A stretch of DNA of 64,000 nt. Origin: an uncultured bacterium (GTDB taxonomy: Bacteria; Desulfobacterota_D; UBA1144; Nemesobacterales; UBA2774). Position 1 is the stretch's first letter, and each line of letters begins with the position of its first letter. This document shows positions 29,106 through 38,730 of the stretch, one piece after another. The stretch spans positions 11,148-75,147 of the forward strand of contig CADEFK010000001.1 of assembly GCA_902826595.1 (NCBI GenBank), given 5' to 3'. Both the position numbers and the translations under genes were made by a program. The notes beneath the pieces are model-generated. The model was not told the origin of the DNA. It saw only the letters and a list, made by a program, of their open reading frames with translations, and did no database searches.

Positions 29106-29876
29106 ATGTCCTGGAACCCGGAGCTCTATCATAAATTTCGGTCCGAGAGGTTCGCACCTTTCGAAGACCTCATAGGGCTGATAGCAGTCAGGGAAGGGCT
29201 CTCGGTCATAGATCTAGGTTGCGGCACGGGCGAGCTGACGTCCATGCTTGCGGACCGCCTGCCCGGCAGCGACGTGCTCGGAATCGATTCCTCTCCAGAG
29301 ATGCTCGAGCATGCCAAGTCAAAAGAGAAGGAGAGACTAAGGTTCGAGTTGAGGACGATAGAGGATGTATCCGGGGAATGGGACCTGGTTTTCTCAAATG
29401 CCGCCATACAATGGGTCGAGGACCACGCCATGCTGATCCCGTCGCTGTTTGCCCTGGTAAGTCCCGGGGGACAGATTGCGGTTCAGCTCCCTTCCAACCA
29501 CCCCCACGAAACTCAGATGCTGGTGCCAGAGGTCGCTAAGGAACCCCCGTTCGCGGATGCGCTCAAAGGATGGTCGCGGAAATCCCCCGTACTGTCTATA
29601 AACGCTTATGCGGAGCTCCTGTTTCAAGCCGGGGGAATGAACATTAATGTATTCGAGAAGGTCTTCCCGCACGTGATGAGGGATACCGATGCCGTTACCG
29701 ACTGGCTTTCAGGTACTATGCTGAGGCCTTATTTCGATCGTCTGCCCGAGGAGCTGCACGGCCGGTTCCTGGATAGATACAGGGAGAGGCTCCGGGAGAT
29801 CTATCCGTCCGATCCGGTGTTCTATCCGTTCAGGCGAATATTCTTCTCGGCGATGAAAACGAATTTGCACGGATAG
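29106..29876 (+). CDS. tam: Trans-aconitate 2-methyltransferase-like SAM-dependent methyltransferase
   Basis: MSWNPELYHKFRSERFAPFEDL... and DLGCGTGELT SAM motif. Confidence 0.8.
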   Translation: MSWNPELYHKFRSERFAPFEDLIGLIAVREGLSVIDLGCGTGELTSMLADRLPGSDVLGIDSSPEMLEHAKSKEKERLRFELRTIEDVSGEWDLVFSNAAIQWVEDHAMLIPSLFALVSPGGQIAVQLPSNHPHETQMLVPEVAKEPPFADALKGWSRKSPVLSINAYAELLFQAGGMNINVFEKVFPHVMRDTDAVTDWLSGTMLRPYFDRLPEELHGRFLDRYRERLREIYPSDPVFYPFRRIFFSAMKTNLHG

Positions 29877-29914
29877 GAAGACAAGCGGCGCACTATAGGC
29901 GTAAGGAGGCGTAA

Positions 29915-30583
29915 ATGCCTGAAAAGAGATTCTCGAAAAGAGAGGCCGTCGAGTTCGGATGGCGGACGATGAGGGCGAACTTGCCTGTTTTTCTTATATA
30001 CCTCGTCGTTTCGATGCTTGCGGGTTTTTTCTTCAGCGGGTTTGCCGGACTATTTGAAAAACGCCTGCCCGTGCTGTCCCTCATTTTCAACCTCGGGTAC
30101 ATCCTCCTGACGATTGCGATAAACATCGTCGGGATCAAAATTGCGCTCAAGTTCTGTGATAATGACCAGAGGGCTATAGAGCAGGTAATATCGTTTACCC
30201 CTTCCCAGTTCTTAAAGTTCGCCGCCGGGTATATACTCTACAGTCTCCTCGTCGCGGCGGGCTTGATATTGCTCATAGTCCCGGGCCTGTTCTTTATGGT
30301 CAAGTACCAATATGCCGTCTATTTCCTTGCCGACAAGGATACGGGCATAAGCGAAGCGTTTCAAATGAGCTCCGCTATAACCGGAGGCATCAAGTGGGAG
30401 CTCTTCGTGTTCCTGATATTGTTGTCGTTGATCAACATGGCGGGCGTCATATGTTTCTTTGTGGGTCTAATCGTCACCATACCCGTAACCATGGTCGCAA
30501 TGGCGTACGTTTATAGAAAGCTGTCGGGCTTCCCTGCGGCGGAAACACTAAATCCGTTTCAGGCACCTCGTCGTGCGGTCTGA
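29915..30583 (+). CDS. Integral membrane protein (DUF975-like)
   Basis: 222 aa, ~5 TM segments. N-terminus KREAVEFGWRTMRANL resembles DUF975 membrane proteins. Confidence 0.4.
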   Translation: MPEKRFSKREAVEFGWRTMRANLPVFLIYLVVSMLAGFFFSGFAGLFEKRLPVLSLIFNLGYILLTIAINIVGIKIALKFCDNDQRAIEQVISFTPSQFLKFAAGYILYSLLVAAGLILLIVPGLFFMVKYQYAVYFLADKDTGISEAFQMSSAITGGIKWELFVFLILLSLINMAGVICFFVGLIVTIPVTMVAMAYVYRKLSGFPAAETLNPFQAPRRAV

Positions 30584-30613
30584 GTCTAATCTATAAAGAG
30601 GTCGGTCCGGGAA

Positions 30614-31066
30614 TTGAGCAAGGTCTACAAGCACACGCAAATCGGGTACCTGATGATTGTTATTATAGGGACCGGGCTATACTTATTGCTGAACTTCTTC
30701 TATCTCCATGGTTTCAATACGCTCCTCGTCGCGGTCTTTGCGGTGCTCGCTGTCTGCCTGGTCTTATTTGCCGCGTTGACGGTCAAAGTCGACAGCCGGG
30801 AGGTGTCCCTGCGTTTCGGGATAGGGTTAATACGAAAGAAATTCCCCGTAACCGGGATCGAAGCGGCGGGGATTGTCAGGAACCCCTGGTATTACGGATG
30901 GGGGATCAGGAAGACACCCGACGGCTGGCTCTATAACGTATCCGGCCTGCTGGCGGTGGAACTCCGTATGAAAAGCGGAGAGAAATACCGGATCGGGACG
31001 GACGATCCCGTAGGGCTCCTGAAAGAGATCGAAGCGGTTATGGGCGAAAAAAGTCGCGAACAGTAG
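30614..31066 (+). CDS. Membrane-anchored hypothetical protein (two N-terminal TM helices + small soluble domain)
   Basis: ORF only. No motif assigned. Confidence 0.35.
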   Translation: MSKVYKHTQIGYLMIVIIGTGLYLLLNFFYLHGFNTLLVAVFAVLAVCLVLFAALTVKVDSREVSLRFGIGLIRKKFPVTGIEAAGIVRNPWYYGWGIRKTPDGWLYNVSGLLAVELRMKSGEKYRIGTDDPVGLLKEIEAVMGEKSREQ

Positions 31067-31073
31067 TCTTCTT

Positions 31074-31631
31074 ATGGAAGATCAATTCAAACTCAGGGTG
31101 GAAACCAATCTGGATCTCGAGCTTCTCGAGGAAGGGCACGCCGGGGAGCTATTCGCCCTGACTGACAGGAACAGGGCATATCTGCGTAAGTGGCTCCCCT
31201 GGCTCGACAGCAACAAATACCTTCAGAATACTGTTGATTTCATTCAATACAGCAGAAAACAATATGTAGAGAACAACAGCCTGCAGCTATGCATCAGGTA
31301 CGACGGCGATCTGGCCGGGCTGATAGGCTTTCACAAGGTCGATTGGCTGAATCATTCGACGAGTATCGGTTACTGGCTTGCTGAGGATTGTCAGGGCAAG
31401 GGTATTATGACCGCCTCCTGCCGGTGTCTTTTGGACTATGCCTGCGGCAACCTCGGCATGAACCGTGTCGAAATCAGGTGCGCGAGCGAGAACATACGGA
31501 GCAGGGCCGTTCCTGTAAGGCTTGGGTTCACGGAAGAGGGATTGATACGACAGGCCGAGTGGCTCTACGACCATTATGTGGATCATGTCGTTTACGGCCT
31601 GCTGAGATCGGAATGGGAGCGCGGGCGGTGA
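31074..31631 (+). CDS. GNAT-family N-acetyltransferase (RimJ/RimL-like)
   Basis: Acetyl-CoA binding segment QGKGIMTASCRCLLDYAC...LGMNRVEIRCASENIRSRAVPVRLGF. Confidence 0.7.
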   Translation: MEDQFKLRVETNLDLELLEEGHAGELFALTDRNRAYLRKWLPWLDSNKYLQNTVDFIQYSRKQYVENNSLQLCIRYDGDLAGLIGFHKVDWLNHSTSIGYWLAEDCQGKGIMTASCRCLLDYACGNLGMNRVEIRCASENIRSRAVPVRLGFTEEGLIRQAEWLYDHYVDHVVYGLLRSEWERGR

Positions 31632-32175
31632 ATTGTAGCCGGGACGCATCGCGCCTCACATGTGCCATACGAAAAACCCTCCCAAATCCTGTGAAGGAAG
31701 CGGGAGGGTTTAAGAGAAGCAAAAGGCAAGATGTAGTTAAGCTAGGAAAAAAGTACTATTATCAAACCCGCGAATATAGTTGAATATAACGCCAGATCTG
31801 CGAACCCGTATGTATTATTCATTCACTATCCTCTCCACAAATCATATTCTATTAAGACATATCCCATCAAGGTTTAATTTCTGATATTTTAAAAGATTGA
31901 TTGCGAGGGCGATCTTCATACTTTAGTCTTAATGCTTAAGTAGGTGTTGACCGTACGATTGCCAGCGTGGCGGGTCTGCGTATGTCCGGTTTTAGAGGTA
32001 AAGCATGTTATCCGGACGGGTGTATCGGAGGAATCAGGGTTTTTTCGAGATGATGAGGTGGTTGGCTGCCTTGCCTTCGTCGATAAGCCGCAGGTATGTG
32101 TCGAAATACTCTATGTGATAATCGGTATTCTCCCTGCCCTGCTTACGATTATAAAGGACTAATTTTAGTAATATG

Positions 32176-32940
32176 TTATTTCGCGCTCATCCCTCCGTCC
32201 ACCGAGAGCATGGTCCCCGTTATGAATTTGATCCTATCGTCGCAGAGATACAATACCGCGTATGCTATTTCCTCGGGTTGAGCCAGTCGGCCTATGGGGT
32301 GTACCGATATATAGCGCTTTTCACCGAGATCCCTGTTTCCCCACTCCTCGAACAGCTCGTCCATCATGGGTGTGTATATGGTCCCGGGGCAGACGGCGTT
32401 TACCCTGATCCCTTTATCCGCGTACTCTAGAGCCATGCTCCTCGTGAGCTGGTTCACGGCGCCCTTTGAAGCGCTGTATGCGGCGAATCCCGCGGGGGAC
32501 GCCTTGAGACCCAGTATCGACGAGTTATTCACGATCGAGCCGTCGCCCTGCCTGATCATGTGGGGGACCGTATGCTTGGACATTAGATAAACGCCTTTAA
32601 CATTCACATCGAAAGTCTCGTCCCACATATCGGTATCCGTCTCGTGCGTGTTGGATTTGTAGCAAACCCCGGCGTTATTGAAAAGGATGTCTATGCGTCC
32701 GTACTTGCCGAGCGTGCTTTCTACGGTCTTTATGCAGTCAGACTCGCTTGAGACGTCGCTCACCCGGCAACTTATCTCCGCCCCGGCGCCGCTTATCTCA
32801 TCGGCCGTTTCTAATAGCGTTTCTTCCGTTCTCCCAGTGATGACGACGTTAGCCCCCTCCCGGGCGAAAAGCCGGGCTGTCGCCTTTCCGATCCCCGTCC
32901 CGCCCCCAGTGATTATGGCCGTCTTGCCTTTTAGTTTCAT
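32176..32940 (-). CDS. Short-chain dehydrogenase/reductase (FabG-like)
   Basis: TGGGTGIGKA cofactor motif, NNAG, catalytic YSASK. Confidence 0.8.
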   Translation of the reverse strand: MKLKGKTAIITGGGTGIGKATARLFAREGANVVITGRTEETLLETADEISGAGAEISCRVSDVSSESDCIKTVESTLGKYGRIDILFNNAGVCYKSNTHETDTDMWDETFDVNVKGVYLMSKHTVPHMIRQGDGSIVNNSSILGLKASPAGFAAYSASKGAVNQLTRSMALEYADKGIRVNAVCPGTIYTPMMDELFEEWGNRDLGEKRYISVHPIGRLAQPEEIAYAVLYLCDDRIKFITGTMLSVDGGMSAK

Positions 32941-33162
32941 GTCGTCTGCTTATTGCGGCTGATGATAAGTATGTATGAGTCGGGTGTTTTATCAATACGG
33001 ATACCGTTCGCCATACCGGCGGGCGATGTAATCCTGTGTCTTTCGGCTCCCCCGCTATTTAGTTTTTTTCCCGTTGTTTTATAATCTCTTATCTTAATTT
33101 GCCCGGAAGGGATTTATAATTGGTAATATCCGGAATCCCAGTTAAGAAGAGAGGATGATAAT

Positions 33163-36100
33163 ATGACAAATTCTTCCGAAAATAAGTCCCGTTTCAGTGA
33201 CCCGAAAAACATAGCTATAGCGCTACTTGTCCTGATAGTCCTCGTAATGGGGCTCCTTCTGGCCAAGAACAACCTCCCGCTCACGGGGGCGAAGAAGGTA
33301 TTGACCGAGGTTAGCGGCGGAGTCTCGGTCGTCGAGGTCAAATTCGATACACAGGACAACACTTTTGTCGACATCATATTCAACAAGCCCATTGGGAAGA
33401 GCGAGGAGGGGGAGATACTGGGACGGGATCCGGCCGTCATCAATCCCCCGGTGAACGGCTCCTGGACCTGGAAGACGCCCAACGTGCTGAGCTTTCAGGC
33501 GTCATACAGGTTCAATATGGCCACGGACTATACGATAACTCTCAAGCCCGGCAATTTTCTGAAGCCGGGCCAGTCGCTCGGGGGAAAGACCGTATTCGAG
33601 ATACGCACGGACAAGTTCAAGATCGAGCAGGCCACGGTCGAGGAAGACCCCGTACCTGACAAGAAGAATACGGTGACGCTCGTCGGCACGCTCGATTTCA
33701 ACTACACGGTCGACCCTACGGTGGTGGCCAGAAAAATCAGCCTGGTCGAGCTCCCCGCGGAGAAAGGCGGAGAGGAAAAGCTTATTCCGGTCAAGCTGAT
33801 CACCGACTACTGGAACACGACTATCAAGTGGAGTAGCGATCCGATAGAAAAGATGGCTCAGGAAAGGGAGCTCAGGCTCATCATAGTGGGCGACCTCACG
33901 CCCGCCGAAGGCAACGTGGCGCTCGGGGACGATTATGTCGAGAAGATAATGCTCGGATCGAAAGACAAGCTGGCGGTGAGGAGTGTCGAGCCCAAGTCCG
34001 AATACCCCAGGTCATCGCTCGAGCTGGGTTTCTCTTCCTCGGTGAGTCCCGACATAGCGGCAGATTACATTTCGGTCGACCCCAAGGTGAAATATACCGT
34101 GAAAAGGGTACAGAACGATCTTATACTGACCGGGGATTTCGTGCCCGGGACCAAATACCAGCTCGCTATAGCCAAGGGGCTGCCCGCCCTCGACGACGCC
34201 GTGCTGAGGGAGGACTACAAGAAGGAGATCCAGTTCTCGGATCTGGCCCCGAAGCTCGAATTTGAGAGCCCGGGGATGTTTCTCGACTCAAAGGGCACCC
34301 ATGCCGTGGTGCTGAAATCGATAAATATGGAAAGCGTCGAGCTGACGGTAGACCGCGTGTATCTGAACAACATCTTCTTCCTCTTCCAATCCTACGGATA
34401 CTCGGTCTGGAGGGACGAATTTTACCAGGGCACAGTAGGGGATTTCATGGGCGGCCGCGTCTCCGAAGAGCTCGATTATAAAATAGCCAACAAGAAGAAC
34501 CAGGAAGTATCGACAGTCCTCGATCTCAAGAAGTACATACCTGCGGACGAACCAGGTCTCTATCAGGTCGGCGTCCTGCCATCGGGGGAGTACCAGGGGG
34601 TGCAAAAGTGGGTGCTCATCACCGACATAGGAATCGTAGCCAAGAAGGGTAAGGACGATTTCCTTGTTTGGACCTCGTCGTTTTCGAATCTCGCGCCCGT
34701 TGCGGGAGCGGATGTCAGGGTGATCAGCAGCCAGAACCAGCTTATCGCGAGGGGGGCGACGGACAGCAAGGGCATATTCAGGGCGGCAGGCCTCACGCAG
34801 AAATTCATGGATAACAAACCATACATGGTGACCGTTCAGAATGGGGCCGATTTCAGCTTTTTAATTCTCGACAACATGGGAATTGACACGTCGGGACTCG
34901 ACGTAGGGGGGGCAGTGCCTTCAGCGCAGGGATACACCGCCTACGTGTACGGAGAGAGGGATATATACCGCCCCGGCGAGACCGTGGAGGGTGTCGCGAT
35001 AGTGAGGGACTCCAACCTCAATACGCCTTCCCCGATGCCGATCGTGCTCAAGCAGAAAGACGCAAGGGGGCGGGAGGTAAAGACGATAAAGGAAACTTTA
35101 AACGAAGCGGGGCTCGTATCGTTTTCAATACCGATACCGGAGTTCGCCCCGACGGGGAACAATACGATCGAGGTGCTCGTCGGCGAGGAGCTCGTAGGGC
35201 AGTACCTCTTTCAGGTGGAAGAGTTCATCCCGGACCGCATAAAAGTTAAGGTCGAGACTGAAGAGGACAACGTCCCTCTGGGAAAAGAGCTCGACTACGA
35301 CGTAAGGAGCTCCTATCTCTTCGGTCCCCCCGCTTCGGGACTCTCCGTCCAGACGCTCGTAGACCTTGTGGAGAATCCGTTCCTTCCGGAGGGTTATGAC
35401 GGGTATGTCTTTACCAACCCGGACAGGAAATACGATTCCAAGGAGATCTTCCGCGCGGAAAGCTATCTCGACGCGGAGGGCGCAAAAAAATTCACCGTGA
35501 AGATACCCGAAGGTCTCAGGCCTGCCTCGTCCCTTCAGGCGCAGATATCGGCGCGCGTCCAGGAAACCGGGGGCCGCGGTGTAAACTCGCTCAGGCGTGT
35601 CAATGTCGATCCGTATCCCTATTACCTGGGGCTCAAGCGGAAGACCCCTGACGAATATGCTGAGCCCGGCAAGGAAATAGAGTTCGAATACGTCGCTCTC
35701 GCTCCGAAAGGCGAAGGCACGGAAGAGGTAAAAACCGGGGGGTTGAAGGCCGAGTTCTATAAGGACGTGTGGAACACGGTGCTGAGGAGGACGTCTACGG
35801 GGAATTACAATTACGAATCAAAGCGCGATTCCGTGCTGTTGAATTCCATGACAATCGACAGCGGGGCGTCCAAAGGCAGCTTCGTTTTTACTGCCCCCGA
35901 ATTCGGGAGCTACAGGGTGGTCCTGACCGACCCGAAGGGAGGGGCCTCAACGCAAGTTCAATTCTACGCGAGCGGATGGGGCTTTTCGCCCTGGGCGGTC
36001 GAGAACCCGGCGCGCATAGACCTCGGGCTCGAGAAGACTGAGTACATGCCCGGCGAAAAGGCGAGGCTTCAGGTGCGCGCGCCGTTCTCGGGGAAACTGC

Positions 36101-38682
36101 TCATTACAGTCGAGCGGGAAGGTGTGTACTACACCGAGACGCATACACTCGACGGCAACACCGCGACAATAGAAGTCCCGGTCAGTGAGAAATACAGGCC
36201 AAATTCGTACGTCACGGCCACGCTTGTCAGGGGCGTAAAGGAGCTCGAGCCCGGCTCGGCGGGCAGGGCGTTCGGAGCCATTCCCATAAACGTGGACCGC
36301 ACGGCGAACAAGATAGACGTCAAAATCACGGCGCCCGAGGAAATCAGGCCCCTCACTCCCTTGGAGATAGGGGTCAATACACTTCCGGGCGCGACAGTAA
36401 CGATTGCGGTGGTGGACGAGGGGATACTGCAGCTGATAGACCAGAAAACCGCCGACCCGTTCACGTACTTTTACAGGAAGCTCGCGCTCGAAGTGGCAGC
36501 TTACGACACGTTCTCTCTCCTTTTACCGGACGTGTCACTCGGCTTGTCCCCTCCGGGAGGCGGGTTCGGAGCGAGGAAGGAGATGCAGTTCCTCAGCACC
36601 CAGGGCATAAGGAGGGTAGAGCCGGTAGCCTTCTGGTCGGGCGTGCTGAAAACGGACGCCCAGGGGAAGGCCGTGTTCAAATTCGATACGCCGCAGTTTC
36701 AAGGGGCTGTACGCATTATGGCGGTAGCCGTAAGGGGCGAGGAATTCGGATCGTCCGAGAAATTCACCCGCGTGAAATCCCCTATAGTCCTGCTCCCGAC
36801 AGCGCCGAGGTTCTTTTCGCTGAACGAAAGCGTCGTCATTCCGGTCTCCGTCAGGAACGATACGAAGAAGGACGGCGTATTCACCGTAAATACGGCTATA
36901 ACCGGGCCGGGCTCCGTCGCTCAAATGAAAAGCGGTACCGATGCGGAGAAGCCGACGGAAAATGCAAAGGAGGCAAAAATAGAAGCCGAGATTCCTGACG
37001 GGGGAGAGAAGACACTTTACTTCGTCGTGGATACGGCTGACGAAACAGGGGCGATAAGTCTAAATATCACCGCGTCGGGTAACGACGAATCGACTAGTTC
37101 CGAAATGGATGTTCCGGTTCTCCCCGACCTCCCCATGAACAGGTCGGAGAACATCGGCAGCATAAAAAATGCCGATACGGAGCTCGCAATCGACAATGCA
37201 GAATCTTACCGCGCCGGGACTGTAAACAGGGAACTCTATATAAGCAAGCTCCCTCTTATACAGTTCTCCGGGAAGCTCGAATACCTGCTTCAGTACCCGT
37301 ACGGCTGTCTCGAGCAGGTCACCTCCCGGGTATTCCCGCTCATATACCTGTCCGACATAGTGAAGGAGATCGACCCGGATGTCTTTAAGAAAGCCGACCC
37401 TGCCGCTATGGTGCAGGAAGGGATAAGGCAGATAGGCACGATGCAGGTGGCTGGGGGGGGCTTTTCGCTCTGGCCCGGCGGTGTCGAGCCCGAGCCGTGG
37501 GTGAGCATATACGCCGCGCATTTCCTCGTCGAAGCCCGCAAGGCAGGATATTTCGTCGACGACTCCCTCTATTCGGGAATGATCGAATATCTCAAGAACG
37601 TAGCCAGGGCAAAGCCCGATTACAGCACAGGGGAGCTCGAGAGGGCTGTCTACGCGTTATACGTCTTGAGCCGAGACGGCAAGCCCGATATGAGCACCAT
37701 GGATTTCATCAGGGACCGACACATGGGCGAGCTCACAGTAGAATCGAAGGCGCTCCTGGGCGGCGCATACGCCGCGGCGGGGAACGCGGCCGCGCTCGAA
37801 GAGCTGCTCAAGGGCTTAAACGACGTGGAAGAGGTCGCGAGGCAGACGGGCGGGAATTTCAATTCCACTATCAGGAATCGCGCCATACTTCTTCTCGCGA
37901 TACTCGACGTCAACCCCGAGGACCCGAGGGTCCCCGCTCTCGTCGAACGGTTGTCGAGGGACGCACAGCTGAACGCGTGGTGGACGACACAGGAGAGCTC
38001 TTTCGCTCTCCTGGCAATAGGCCAGTTCGTAAAGAGACAGAGTGAGACCCCGCCATACACAGGGAAGGTGTATGTGGGCGGCGAGGAAAAAGCGACGTTC
38101 AGCAGCGAAGCGATCTTGAGTATCACTGACATTACGGGAGACAAACCAGTTAGCATCAAGATGAACGACGGGTTTAAGGAAGGGAGCGCATTCTATACCT
38201 TAGTTACGAGCGGTTTCCCGACCAGAAAAGGGTTCAAGCCCGTACAGGACGGGCTCCTCGTGGAAAGGGAATTCCTCACGAGGGACGGCGCTCCGCTCGA
38301 TCCGAATAACATTGTGCAGGGCGACCTGGTCGTGGTCAGGACAAAGATACAGAGCGCGTCCGGAAGTCTCCAGAACGTGGTCATAGAGAATCTGCTGCCT
38401 TCCGGGTTCGAGGTGGAAAACCCGAGGCTCAAAACGACGGAGACGCTCTCGTGGGCGACCGGGGACAGCGTAGAGCCTGCATACCTCGACATAAGGGACG
38501 ACCGGATACTCATTTTCACGGACCTGCCGGACGCCAAATGGTACAACTACTACGCTCTCTTGCGAGTCGTCAATCCCGGAACGTTCACGGTCCCGCCCAT
38601 CCAGGCCGAGGCGATGTATTCGCCGAATGTCAGGTACACGGGAAAGCTCGAGAACCCGTTTGTGGTCAAGATGAGACAGTAG
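33163..38682 (+). CDS. yfhM: Bacterial alpha-2-macroglobulin family protein (YfhM-like), 1839 aa, thioester-containing
   Basis: N-terminal signal-anchor. Multi-MG-domain length. Thioester motif YPYGCLEQ (CLEQ at 37306-37317). Followed by pbpC as in the E. coli yfhM-pbpC pair. Confidence 0.85.
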   Translation: MTNSSENKSRFSDPKNIAIALLVLIVLVMGLLLAKNNLPLTGAKKVLTEVSGGVSVVEVKFDTQDNTFVDIIFNKPIGKSEEGEILGRDPAVINPPVNGSWTWKTPNVLSFQASYRFNMATDYTITLKPGNFLKPGQSLGGKTVFEIRTDKFKIEQATVEEDPVPDKKNTVTLVGTLDFNYTVDPTVVARKISLVELPAEKGGEEKLIPVKLITDYWNTTIKWSSDPIEKMAQERELRLIIVGDLTPAEGNVALGDDYVEKIMLGSKDKLAVRSVEPKSEYPRSSLELGFSSSVSPDIAADYISVDPKVKYTVKRVQNDLILTGDFVPGTKYQLAIAKGLPALDDAVLREDYKKEIQFSDLAPKLEFESPGMFLDSKGTHAVVLKSINMESVELTVDRVYLNNIFFLFQSYGYSVWRDEFYQGTVGDFMGGRVSEELDYKIANKKNQEVSTVLDLKKYIPADEPGLYQVGVLPSGEYQGVQKWVLITDIGIVAKKGKDDFLVWTSSFSNLAPVAGADVRVISSQNQLIARGATDSKGIFRAAGLTQKFMDNKPYMVTVQNGADFSFLILDNMGIDTSGLDVGGAVPSAQGYTAYVYGERDIYRPGETVEGVAIVRDSNLNTPSPMPIVLKQKDARGREVKTIKETLNEAGLVSFSIPIPEFAPTGNNTIEVLVGEELVGQYLFQVEEFIPDRIKVKVETEEDNVPLGKELDYDVRSSYLFGPPASGLSVQTLVDLVENPFLPEGYDGYVFTNPDRKYDSKEIFRAESYLDAEGAKKFTVKIPEGLRPASSLQAQISARVQETGGRGVNSLRRVNVDPYPYYLGLKRKTPDEYAEPGKEIEFEYVALAPKGEGTEEVKTGGLKAEFYKDVWNTVLRRTSTGNYNYESKRDSVLLNSMTIDSGASKGSFVFTAPEFGSYRVVLTDPKGGASTQVQFYASGWGFSPWAVENPARIDLGLEKTEYMPGEKARLQVRAPFSGKLLITVEREGVYYTETHTLDGNTATIEVPVSEKYRPNSYVTATLVRGVKELEPGSAGRAFGAIPINVDRTANKIDVKITAPEEIRPLTPLEIGVNTLPGATVTIAVVDEGILQLIDQKTADPFTYFYRKLALEVAAYDTFSLLLPDVSLGLSPPGGGFGARKEMQFLSTQGIRRVEPVAFWSGVLKTDAQGKAVFKFDTPQFQGAVRIMAVAVRGEEFGSSEKFTRVKSPIVLLPTAPRFFSLNESVVIPVSVRNDTKKDGVFTVNTAITGPGSVAQMKSGTDAEKPTENAKEAKIEAEIPDGGEKTLYFVVDTADETGAISLNITASGNDESTSSEMDVPVLPDLPMNRSENIGSIKNADTELAIDNAESYRAGTVNRELYISKLPLIQFSGKLEYLLQYPYGCLEQVTSRVFPLIYLSDIVKEIDPDVFKKADPAAMVQEGIRQIGTMQVAGGGFSLWPGGVEPEPWVSIYAAHFLVEARKAGYFVDDSLYSGMIEYLKNVARAKPDYSTGELERAVYALYVLSRDGKPDMSTMDFIRDRHMGELTVESKALLGGAYAAAGNAAALEELLKGLNDVEEVARQTGGNFNSTIRNRAILLLAILDVNPEDPRVPALVERLSRDAQLNAWWTTQESSFALLAIGQFVKRQSETPPYTGKVYVGGEEKATFSSEAILSITDITGDKPVSIKMNDGFKEGSAFYTLVTSGFPTRKGFKPVQDGLLVEREFLTRDGAPLDPNNIVQGDLVVVRTKIQSASGSLQNVVIENLLPSGFEVENPRLKTTETLSWATGDSVEPAYLDIRDDRILIFTDLPDAKWYNYYALLRVVNPGTFTVPPIQAEAMYSPNVRYTGKLENPFVVKMRQ

Positions 38683-38730
38683 CTGCGCGTATAGCGGGCA
38701 CGTCGGATTACCATACGGAGATGTGAAGAT

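Noticed and set aside
31640-31940. Checked long GNAT/SDR intergenic region for tmRNA, RNase P or SRP RNA signatures
   Set aside because: None of the conserved cores I remember for these RNAs were found (no GGUCCGGAAGGAAGCAGC-type SRP core, no tmRNA 3' end). Left as an unexplained spacer.
34288-38546. Multiple short ORFs on both strands inside the alpha-2-macroglobulin gene
   Set aside because: They are shadow ORFs of a 5.5-kb GC-rich gene. None has domain signatures.
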